Source: Candidatus Marinacidobacterales bacterium (GTDB taxonomy: Bacteria; Acidobacteriota; Vicinamibacteria; Marinacidobacterales; DATDRI01). Taken from it: a stretch of 64,000 nucleotides of DNA. A program made the position numbers and the translations under genes. Where the stretch lies: assembly GCA_965219415.1 (NCBI GenBank), contig CBDCNP010000002.1, positions 2,048,001-2,112,000 on the forward strand, given 5' to 3'. Below are positions 51,789 through 61,800 of the stretch, piece after piece (within the stretch, counting starts at the first letter, position 1; each line of letters opens with the position of its first letter). Under the pieces are notes generated by a model. The model made no database searches. It saw only the letters and a program-made list of their open reading frames with translations, and was not told the origin of the DNA.

Positions 51789-52214
51789 CTAGGCCTCCCG
51801 ATGCGCACGCCAGTGGTCCACGCTCAACCGATCCTCTTCTCGCGGAACCCAGAGAACGAAGAGCAATAGACCGAGCCGGGGTATTACATGACCGGTGAAG
51901 CTGTACAAAGGCTCCTTCAAAAGGTGGCCGAAGGTCACGAGGAGAAGCACCGCGCCCAATGCTATCGACGCTTCCCGTATGCGCCAGCCGATGATGAGGA
52001 GCGCGCCGGCCACCAACTCGATGGCGGGCACCACGCTGCCGCTTGCCCAGAGCAACATCGCAGGGATCCAGTTATCCGCGTAAGGCTCGACGAACATCCG
52101 TCGTGCGTGCTCGACCGAGCCAAGCTCGAATACTTTCCACCAACCGGCCATGAAAAAGATGAGGCCAAGCGTGACGCGCCCGAAAAAAACGGCGAGACTA
52201 CGGTTGGACTTTTT
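51789..52214 (-). CDS. DoxX family membrane protein (start unresolved)
   Basis: FFGRVTLGLIFFMAGWWKVF...ELVAGALLIIG...TFGH; the frame is open up to the stop of the upstream gene. Confidence 0.75.
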   Translation of the reverse strand, partial: KKSNRSLAVFFGRVTLGLIFFMAGWWKVFELGSVEHARRMFVEPYADNWIPAMLLWASGSVVPAIELVAGALLIIGWRIREASIALGAVLLLVTFGHLLKEPLYSFTGHVIPRLGLLLFVLWVPREEDRLSVDHWRAHREA

Positions 52215-53097
52215 TCAGAGTGACGCGATCTTTTGGAGCGTCTCGTGCAAACGATGCGCCATAATTTTGCAGATGATACTCGTGAGATAAAGCGCCGCTC
52301 CCACGTTGTATTCGATCGCCCGTTCCAGGGTCTCGGCCGGGACGACGTAGACGTCGAGGACGCCGCGGGCCACTGCCGAGGCAGAGCGTGGCCTCTGATC
52401 GATGAACGACAACTCACCAAAGAAGTTTCCGGAGCCGAGTCGCGCTAGGGTCATCGACTCACCCGAAGCGCTCTCCTTTCGGATCTCCACTTCACCCTCA
52501 CCGATGACGAAGAGCTCTTTTCCTTCGTCCCCTTCCTGAAACACGACCGCGTCGGACTCGAAGCTGCGGGGAATGAAGAGCGATTCCAAGGCGCCGAAGC
52601 TCGGCCTCAGACAACTGGGCCGACGGCGTGTCGTCCCGTGAGTGGCTGTTGTCGGTCGTCGCTATCTCTTGAAGAACCTCGTTGGCGGATCGGATTTTTT
52701 GCGACATGCTTTTTGCGAAGAGTCCCCAGAACTTGACCGCCCCGGTCCGGCTATAGCGAAAGGCCCCCTTTAGGAAATTGCGGTCGAGAGAGAAACAGGT
52801 CGCATCCGTTTCCGCTTCTGCGAAAATAGGGGTATCGGGAACAAAAAGGGCTTCCTCCCCGAGGACCCCATTCTTCTCCTGTTTGCCGAGCGGCAATCTC
52901 CCTCGTTTCGCTTCGGTTTCCAGTCGGACCTCCCCGTCACGAATCAGCAAGAGTTCGTCACCGAGGGTCACCGCTTCCCCGGCTGCAAAACTTCGCTCTT
53001 TGAGCGCTTTGTCGAAAACGCTCGCTTCCGCGGCCGTCAAAACGGCAAGGGGGGACAAGGATCGGAGGGACAGAGAAGAGCCCAGGGGGGAGTCCAC
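52215..53097 (-). CDS. Tandem cyclic-nucleotide-binding domain protein (frameshift near 52590)
   Basis: Second domain VFQEGDEGKELFVIGEGEVEI...FFGELSFIDQRPRSASA; degenerate first CNB domain (LIRDGEVRL, LGEEALF) in ORF 52498..53097. Confidence 0.8.
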
Positions 53098-53125
53098 GAG
53101 CCGTATTCTATCCTCTTTTATTTCG

Positions 53126-53190
53126 GGGACAGGTTATTTAAATAGTTTGTCTAATCAGGTCAATGACTTAGGCTATAAATAACCTGTCCC
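53126..53190. repeat. AT-rich 15-bp perfect inverted repeat (MITE/REP-like)
   Basis: GGGACAGGTTATTTA (53126-53140) and TAAATAACCTGTCCC (53176-53190). Confidence 0.7.
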
Positions 53191-53237
53191 GGAAAATGCG
53201 GGAAATGAGTTTTAGAGAGCGGCGATTAGATCGTGCG

Positions 53238-53914
53238 TTACTGAGCTCCTTCAGGAGCCTTCGCGCTAGCACCACCCAACTGCCGAATCTCTTGAACATG
53301 GATGACCCGAATCCCAGCCCTAGGATTTTGCACCGCATGGCATAAGGCACCCGTCATCTGCTCCAGTGTGATGAGTCCCAACCGCTTACTTATCTCGGCC
53401 GTCGGGGGCAGATGTTCCAAGATTTTATAAACGGCAGCAACGCGTAGGCCCAGCGGTGGCCCGGGCCCAACACATACCAAGGCCGAACGAAGGTGGCGTT
53501 CAACCCACTGTTGCGAATCACCGCCTCGCACTCGGCCCGAACCGCGAGGTAGGCCTTCATTACCGGGGCGGGCTGGGCGACACTCACGTAAACGAAGTGA
53601 GCGACCTTCGTCGCCGTCGCGGCCTCCACCGCCGCCTGGACGGAGACCAAATCCACCTTTCGGAACAACTCCGCCTTAAGCGGACTCGGGTGTGGCACGC
53701 CTATCAAATGCACAAACGTGTCCGCGGGAGGCACCTCGCTTTTGTAGCTATTGCTGTCTAGAGCATTCCCTAAGACAACCTGACACCCGGGCGGCAGTTT
53801 GTCTTGGGATTGAGGACGCGATAAGGCCCGGATGCGGTGTCCCCGCTCGAGGAGTTGGGGAAGGAGGCTCCGACCAAAATAGCCGGTACCTCCGGTAATG
53901 AAGATGTCGCCCAT
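53238..53914 (-). CDS. NAD(P)-binding epimerase/NmrA-like protein (frameshift near 53420)
   Basis: IFITGGTGYFG, HFVYVSV, TFVRPWYVLGPGH; C-terminus in ORF 53238..53531. Confidence 0.82.
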
Positions 53915-54153
53915 GGCTTTGCGTTCTCGGCGGGCCTCGCTTCAGGAAGATTCTATAGAAAAGGGGCGACGGCACGTGCACCTTCATGTGTTTCCTCGGT
54001 TTTGCTTGCTGTTACAAGCCCCTCGCTCGAAGCTGAACCTAGGAACAAAGTTCCTACGCTCCTGTTTCTGGAGTTCCACCCTGGTTACACGTTTGCTCTG
54101 TGTAACAGAAACAAGGTGCTTCCCCTCCTGAGCTCTGATCGGACGGAGTATGC

Positions 54154-55123
54154 TCAGCCTTCGATAATCGAGGAGCTGTTAATCCACCGCCACAGGCTAC
54201 GAGCGCAGGCTCCCAGTCTTCCCAAGAAAAGGTGATCCCTTTCTGCCAGCGCAATGGAGCGCGAGAGCGCTTCTGCCGATGGGAACCGGTCGCGCGGATT
54301 CACGGCAAGGCAACGTTCGATGATGGACGCAAGACGAGAGTCCAGGGCGCGGCGCGATCGCGGGAGAGGTGTCAGAGGCTCCCCGCCAGGCGACCACGTG
54401 CCCCCGAGAGGGAGCGCGACCATGGGCGTTGCGGTAACTATTTCGTGGAGTATCAGCCCGACCGAAAACAGATCGGTCCGCTCGTCGACAAGGCCCCCAG
54501 CCCTTTGTTCGGGAGACATATAGCCTGCCGTGCCGATGATAGTGCCCGGGAGGGTTATCTGCGAATCCGTCGATTTCTGCCCTGAGCTGTGAGACGGAAG
54601 AAGCTTGGCGAGCCCGAAGTCGAGAATGGTCACCGCTCCTTGCGGAGAAAGCATGATGTTCTCGGGTTTGAGGTCACGGTGAACGATGCCGATAGAATGA
54701 GCCGCGCTGAGCGCGCTCACGATCTGAGCGGCGATTCGAAGGGCCGCTCTGCGGTCGAGAGCGCCCCGATAAAGGAGCTGACGAAGAGTTTCTCCTCTCA
54801 CGAGCTCCATCACGATGAAACGGCACTCCTTCACTTTTCCGATGTCGGTAGACGGTTACTATATTCGGGTGGTTGAGTGCGGACGCCGAAAAGGCCTCTC
54901 TTCGGAAGCGACGAAGCCGTTTTGAATCCAGGCACGAGTTCCGCTTCATGAGCTTGATCGCCACCTCACGGCCGAGCTTGGTATCGATGGCTCGATAGAC
55001 ATCCGCCATCCCGCCGCGCCCAATCTGTTGCGGGAACTGGTACCGGCGGGGAAAGCGTACGGTGCCCCGCTTGATATCCTCCCGGGGTTCGGTCGTCGCG
55101 GAGGACCTATGGGACGGGTTCAT
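54154..55123 (-). CDS. Hanks-type serine/threonine protein kinase (frameshift near 54840)
   Basis: IGRGGMADVY, VAIK, HPNIV in one frame; HRDLKPEN, DFGLAK, GTAGYMSPEQ, DLFSVG in the next. Confidence 0.9.
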
Positions 55124-55130
55124 GATCACT

Positions 55131-55310
55131 CTATGAGGTTGGAACGGCTCGAGAAAAGTACGTTGCGGAGCGCGAGGGCGGCTGTTCCGGCGCTGTCCAT
55201 AACCAGTCCGCGGAGGCTCTCTCCGAAGGCACTGCCACTCCCATAAAGGCGAGGAGGCTAGAAAGCACACCAAATACCGAGCGACGCTTGTTTTGCCGTT
55301 CCGTCTCCAT
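55131..55310 (-). CDS. Possible 59-aa small protein upstream of the kinase
   Basis: METERQNKRRSVFGVLSSLLAFMGVAVP...; AGGA-like RBS; stop 8 bp before the kinase ATG. Confidence 0.3.
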   Translation of the reverse strand: METERQNKRRSVFGVLSSLLAFMGVAVPSERASADWLWTAPEQPPSRSATYFSRAVPTS

Positions 55311-55440
55311 ACTTCCTATACGAGCGGACGAGGCGGTTTGGATGAGCCCGACGCGTACGACCCCGATAAGGGCAGCAACTTGCCTCTGGGCTTGATCCAG
55401 TTTCGTGGACACTTTCTGAAAGGCGGATACGATGTCCACA

Positions 55441-55749
55441 ATGGCAAAGACAACGCAGCCCCGGCGACCCCGCCGGGAGTTTGATGACGAGTTTAAGGCA
55501 GGCGCGGTCCGGCTGGTGCTTGATGAGGGCCAGAGCGTGGGTCGGGTGGCCCGGGAGCTTGACCTCACCGAATCGGCGTTTCGCAACTGGGTCCGTCAGG
55601 CCCGGGCCGATCGGACGAAGGGCCGGACGGGCTTGACGGGCGTGGAACGCGAGGAGCTTCGGCGGCTCCGCAAAGAGAATCGGCGGTTGCGGGTGGAGCG
55701 CGACGTTTTAAAAAAAGCCGCGGCCTTCTTCGCGAAGGAGAGCGAGTAA
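55441..55749 (+). CDS. IS3 family transposase OrfA (HTH)
   Basis: RREFDDEFKAGAVRLV, VARELDL, ERDVLKKAAAFFAKE. Confidence 0.92.
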   Translation: MAKTTQPRRPRREFDDEFKAGAVRLVLDEGQSVGRVARELDLTESAFRNWVRQARADRTKGRTGLTGVEREELRRLRKENRRLRVERDVLKKAAAFFAKESE

Positions 55750-56613
55750 GATTCGCGTTCATCCAGGCGGAGAAGGCCACCGTACCGGTCGTTCACCTGT
55801 GTCAGATTCTCAACGTCTCTCGGAGTGGCTTTTATGCCTGGGTACGTCGGCCGCCGTCGGCCCACGCGCGCCGGGACCGCCAGTTGCGCGTGTTGATTCG
55901 TGCCTCCCATGAGGCGAGTCGCCGCACCTATGGGAGTCCGCGGATTTATCACGACCTGCACGAGCAGGGGTATCGAGTGAGTCGGAAGCGGGTGATTCGG
56001 TTGAAACAGGCAGAAGGCCTCATTGCTCGAGTACGCAAACGCTTCAAGCGCACGACGGTAAGCGGTTATGGCCAGCCCGTCGCGGCCAATGTGCTCGGGC
56101 AAGACTTCGTCGCCGATGCGCCGAACCAACGGTGGGTCGGGGACACGACCGAGTTCGTGATCGGCAGCGGCGGGAAGCTTTATCTCGCGGCGCTCCTCGA
56201 CCTCTACTCGCGATTCCTCGTTGGGTGGGCCGTAAGTGCTATTAACGACCGTCACCTGGTTATCAAGGCGTTGCGGATGGCACTGAAACGTCGCCAACCG
56301 GCCGCGGGGCTCTTGCATCACTCCGATCAGGGCAGTCCGTATGCCAGCAAAGACTACCAACGTCTCCTTGAGACGCATGGCATGACCGGGAGCATGAGCC
56401 GACGGGGCAACTGCTACGACAACGCCGTCATCGAGAGCTGGTTCTCCACGGTCAAGCACGAGCTTGGGGAGCATTTCCTCAGTTGCGGCGAGGCCAAGAT
56501 GGCCCTCTTCGACTTCATCGAGGTATTCTACAACCAGAGACGACGACCACTCGACCCTCGGCCAGGTCAGTCCGGCCGAGTTTGAACGACGGATGAGGAC
56601 TTCGCCAGCTTAA
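55746..56613 (+). CDS. IS3 family transposase OrfB (DDE integrase core), extra indel near 56547
   Basis: YGSPRI, WVGDTT, HHSDQGSPY, CYDNAVIESWF, FYNQRR; native tail HSTLGQVSPAEFE in a shifted frame. Confidence 0.9.
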
Positions 56614-56829
56614 CTAAACCGTCTACGAAACCGGATCAAGCTGTTAAGACACAATTCCGCCTGACAACCGCAAACCCGCAGAGTGGGCGCCCTGCGTGAG
56701 ATACTGTTTGTAGCGCAGCAGCGCATTGATATCCAAAGCTGGTCTCGCCTCCCCACCGGACCGCCATCTTTTACACGGGCGGGTTATAGCACCTCAATCG
56801 AAAAGAACCGTTCCGCTCAGGCAGGTATC

Positions 56830-58304
56830 ATGAACGAGCAACTCGCTAGTTCGCTGAAAGCGGCGTACCGGGAGCGGCGGTCAGGGGTCTTGGTGGCTGA
56901 AACCCGGAAATTCAAGCGCAGCCTCGCCTTTCGAGATGGTTTCATCGTCGCGGCGCGCTCGAACTTGAAGGCAGAACACTTCGGGCAGATGCTCATCCGG
57001 AAGGGCCGCATCACCCAGCAGCAGCTCAAGGACGCCTCGGTCTTTATCAAAAGTGGCTGGAAGATGGGCGACATCCTGGCGGAGCTTCGCATCATCGACA
57101 AAGAGGAAATCGCCAGCTTCGTTACGTTGCTGGTCATGGACATCGCCTGCTCCATGCTCCTTGACGAGGATTCGACGTTTGTCTTTTCGGAACTGACCGA
57201 GGTGGAGGCCGTCATCACCAAGCCGCTCACCGTCGCCGCCGTGCTCATGGAGGCGGGGCACCGCACATCTGATATCGACGCCCATCTGAAGGACCTTCGG
57301 CAGGAAAACCGCCTCCTTGAGTTAACTCCCGATCCCCTCATTCAGTTTCAAGACCTCTCCCTTGACCGCCGAGCAGGGGTTCCTCCTGTCTCGAATTCAG
57401 GGCACTGAGCCCCCGGCCGCCATCTTCTCCCTCAGCCCCTTGTCCGAGGAGGAGACCGCAAGAACACTGCTCGGACTGCTTCTCACGGGAATCGTCCGGT
57501 TAGGAGGCGAGTCGAAACTGGCAGAGATAATCTCCGACGACGACGTCTCGGAGGAAGTAGGTCTTGAATTGGCCGCACCAGAGTCACCGGCACCGGTAGC
57601 GGCATCGCGCGAGGAAATCGAGCTTCTCTTCGACGCATTCCATGCCCAAGATCACTGGCAACTTCTGGGACTGAGCCGAGGGGCCAGTGCCCAGGACGTG
57701 AAGATGGCGTTTCATGAAAAAGCCCGCCGTTATCACCCGGACCGATATCGAAGCATCACCGACCAGCGCTTTCACGAGGAGCTCTCGTACATCTTTCACC
57801 GACTACAAGAGGCTTTCGAGACGCTCTCGAGCGACACTGGGGCGACGCGGTACGCCACTCTCACGGCGAAAGAAACCGAGTACGCGACAGGGACGAGTCA
57901 ATGGGAACCGCCTTCCAAGCAGGCCATCGCAGGCGAATCTTCGCCAGGGGGGTGCACTTGCCTCGAGCGGTCAGACCGCCGAAGCGGACGCCCTGTTCGC
58001 CACAGCCAAACGCGCTTACACCGAGGGCGATCACTGGCGGGCGATACAGCTTTGTCAACAAGCCATAGAGATCGTGGGCGACAAGGCGGATTACTACCAT
58101 CTCCTGGGCCTTTCGCTCGCCGAGAACCCCAAGTGGCGGGCCGACGCCGCGCGCAACCTTCAGATCGCCGCCAAGTTGGATCCCCGGGACGCGAAATACT
58201 TTGTCGCGCTAGGGGAGCTCTACGAGAAGTCGGGACTGCGCGTTCGAGCCAAGCGCGCGTTCGAGCAGGCGAAGGCGATCGATCCAAACTATCTCTCAGA
58301 ATAA
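56830..58304 (+). CDS. DUF4388-like + DnaJ (J-domain) + TPR protein (frameshifts near 57360 and 57950)
   Basis: SGVLVAET...FGQMLIRKG...MGDILAEL N-domain; DHWQLLGL...YHPD J-domain; TPR tail (YYHLLGLSL, YFVALGELY). Confidence 0.78.
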
Positions 58305-58522
58305 TTTTTAGCGGACCGCGGCGACCCCGACATGCGATCGGTGCGCGAGCCGTTCCGAGGTCTAGTGAAAACCACGCTTGGGCCTATTCGGACGGACCAG
58401 ACCAACACTTTCCCACCGTATTTCCTCGGGATAATCGTACCGGTGCCAAAACTTCAGATAGGCAAACCCTTCAGCCTGAGAAGTTGCCATCCTTTGCCAA
58501 GTGCTGCCATTTTACGAAGGCA

Positions 58523-58867
58523 TCATGAGGCATGCAGAGCCGTTCTTAGGGCGGATCGTTGTTCATCGGAGATCAATGAAAATTTTGCCCCGAGAATGAA
58601 GCGAGACATGTACAGATTGGCCTTCTCGCGGCGCCAAACGATCTCCCCTTCCGTCACGAAGGGATCACCCTCACTGCTGAAACGGATTCGCAGGAGGACA
58701 CTCGTGCCAGGCTCAAAATCGACGCCGGTATCAAAGCAAGCCCCCGATTCCGATACATTTGTGATCAATCCGTAGGCATGACCTAGTTTTCTGTTATAGA
58801 TCGAACCCGTGATCGCGTTCTGAGGGACGTGGCGCGGCCAGAAACGTTCCGGATTATACTTAGCCAA
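58523..58867 (-). CDS. PilZ domain protein
   Basis: RFWPR (RxxxR) and NVSESGA (D/NxSxxG), GEIVWRR, GAKF. Confidence 0.8.
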   Translation of the reverse strand: MAKYNPERFWPRHVPQNAITGSIYNRKLGHAYGLITNVSESGACFDTGVDFEPGTSVLLRIRFSSEGDPFVTEGEIVWRREKANLYMSRFILGAKFSLISDEQRSALRTALHAS

Positions 58868-58890
58868 GTTACTTTCTTCCTAATCAGGGC

Positions 58891-61800
58891 CTACTGTGCG
58901 CCACCCTCTTGTTCAAGCTTCAGCGCCGGGTCCCCGAGCAGGTGATAAATGCTTAAAAGCTCCGGAAAGGCTCCCGTCTCCGCATACCCGGCCTGGCCTG
59001 CCAGCACCGCGTCGCCCAGCCGTTCATGCCCCCGGTTTACGATCTCCTCCAGAAGCACCTTGTGGAATCGGTGCGCCGGGTCATTGAGACTCAGGCCTGT
59101 CGGTGAAAAAGCGGCGATGACTCCCTTGCCTTCCGCTTTGAGTAATTCCTCGGACAGCGAGTTGAAGTACGGAAAATGAAAATACCCGTTCAGGGCAATT
59201 CATTGTTAAAAGCAAGGGCTGGCGCGATTGCGGTGACAGGGAGTCCACCTGCCAGATGTTGAACAGATTCTCGTTGGCCCACAGGTGAATCGCCCCGTGG
59301 CCGATGTAACTTACGTGGAGGCTCCCTGGTCGAAGGCTTGGAGGATCGAGCTTCGGGTCGCCGCTGTCCCCAGCTCCGTTAGGTAGATCTTCTGGACCTC
59401 TTCTCCTGAAAGGATGGTCGACACCAGCTCCTCCGCATCCGCTACAAAGTCGCCCGCACGGTCCGGGTTATCGGTGATGAGAACGATGGGAGCCTCAGGC
59501 TCTCCTTCCCCTTGATTCGTAGGCAAGAATCTTTTCAACCAAACTCCGCACTTCTTCCACTGAAGAAGCGGGTAGTCTCCCCACCGCCACATCCGGAAGA
59601 ATGTCCTCTCCATTAATGGCTCCAAACCATGGATCCGACGCCGTCCACAAGTACCGGGTCTTCAGGATCTTCACCGGCACATGGCTCTCCACTCCCGTCC
59701 CCAGATAGTCCTTGGTGTCGTACGTCCCATCTCCCAACAGCAGCACGTACCGCAACGACGGCTCGCTCCAGTGGTGGTACACGTAACTCAGGAAGTCTCG
59801 GACCGATTCCGGCGTGGCCTCTCCATACCCAAACTCCTTGTAGATGTCCTCGGTCGCCACGGCGCCGCTCACCAGGCCCTGCTCCCGCCTTAGCGCCAGT
59901 AAAGGCTCTGCCGCAGCCAGAAACTCCCTCGGGCCGATCACCAGGTACTCCGCTCGGTTCCAACCACGCTTCAGATGGCTCGACTGCGGTGGTCTCACCC
60001 CCGGCCTCTTCACCGCCCCCTTCTCCACACCGAAGTACCTCCGACCCGACTCCACACCGAAGCTCACGCCACCCTCGACCAACCTCAGCCTTGACAATCG
60101 CTGGGGCTGGGCCCCCGTCGTATCGAATACGAAGCTGGTCCCCTCGAGGCCCGATACCGAGGCCGTCCCCGACTCGCTGAACCCTCCCCGTAGGGCTCCT
60201 TGTTCGGCTACCAACTGCGCCGGGTGGCTCACCTCGAATCGGTCCAGCATGACCATCGAGTATTGAGCTTCGGTATCTCCCACTTCTTCTATCTCCAGAG
60301 TGTTCTCTCCTTCTTGGAGTAATCCGGGACCGAGCTCCGCTTCCACCAGGTGCGGCGTCTCTCCATCCCACCACCTCTCCGTTACCAGCGTGCCGTTCAC
60401 GTACAGTCGGACGTGATGACCCGGGTCCTCCGGGAAATCGCTCGCTCCGTGCAGCCACACTTTAAGCTCAGAGCTCTCCGCTACCGCAGACAGGTGCTTC
60501 ACCTCGAACCGGTAGCTCTTCGTCATCGGGCCGAACACCCAATCCCACTGCCAGATGTCTTCCGCGCCCTCGAAGGCCGCTTGGTAGAGAAGGTTTTCTT
60601 CTTCCTTCACCGTCTTCCAGTAGAAACTCGTCTCCGCTCCCGACGGCCTGCCATCCACCACCGCCACCTGGACACCTCCCGAGCCCGCTTCTAGCTCGTA
60701 GACCGCTTCGTGACCATACGGGTTCAAAGATGCCCCCTCGGTCAGGAAGTACAGCTTCGACTTCTTCTTGAACTTCTTCGGGTTCGGCCTGACAAAAAAC
60801 GCCACCGGCTCCCCCTGACGGCTCAGTCTCAATTTGCTCGTCTTGATGGCCTTCTTCCGGTTGCCGAATATCGATTCGAAGCTCACCGCGTAGAGACCCC
60901 GCTCACTGACCGTCAGACGCGCCAATACCTTCCGGTTCACGTGGCTGTCTACTTCCCGATGGCTCTTCCCTTGCTTCAGCTCGGCCCTGTTTTTACCCTT
61001 GAACGAGATACGGACCACTACACGTCGGGCTAGTACCAAACGCTCGCGCGTCGCATCCCACCGCAGTGGGGCCGTCTCCACCAAGGCTTTCTTCGCCGCT
61101 CCTTGGAAACCCACGCTCAGCAACCGGGCCCACTGCTCCGGGTAGTAGACGTGTGGTGGACGGCGGCGCTTCCTACGCCGACGCCCCGTCTGAACCGTTC
61201 CCTCTTCACTGGCCACCACGATCAGCTCCGATGAGCTCGGACGCAGGCTCGCAAACTCCGCCAAACCCTTGACGTTCACCGACGCCAGCGTCACATTACG
61301 GCCCGCTAACACGTCCTGCCAGGTCCGGTAGACTGGAACATCCGGCAGGTCCGCACCCCCGAAGTCCTCGAAGCCCAGGACCTCGAGCAACACCGAACCA
61401 TCGTCCTGAGGTATCGCGTAGAAGCCTCCTGTTACCAGCTCCAGCTCTAACCACCGCCGACCGCGGGCGACGTACCTTCAGCTCATTCGCCTCCGGATTA
61501 CCGTAGGTGATGCGCGATGTCTCATCCCCGAGCTCGTCTCCAGCAGAGCCTTCACCGGTCGTGCCTTCTTCGCCCTCCGTAACAACTTCCGTCGTCGGTG
61601 CCGCCGACACCGGACCATGAAGCTCCGTCACGCCCGTCGTCTCGATGTCTTCCAGCTGGTAGTAGTACGTCACTCCATTCGCCAGGCCTGAATCACGGTA
61701 GGCGTACTTGGCACCTTGCGGTGACGAGCCCAGGCCCGGGATCACGCTCGCGGTGATCCGCTCGTAGGGGCCTTCCTCGGTAAGAGACCGGTACAGATGG

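Larger units (their letters stand above)
55393..56638 (+). mobile_element. IS3 family insertion sequence
   Basis: TG...CA ends with imperfect terminal inverted repeats (TGATCCAGTTTCGTGGAC / GTCTACGAAACCGGATCA); orfA and orfB; A7G slippery site at 55710-55717. Confidence 0.93.

Noticed and set aside
52215-52217. In-frame TGA as a selenocysteine codon
   Set aside because: The position is a domain boundary with no Cys-equivalent role, and no bacterial SECIS-like hairpin follows
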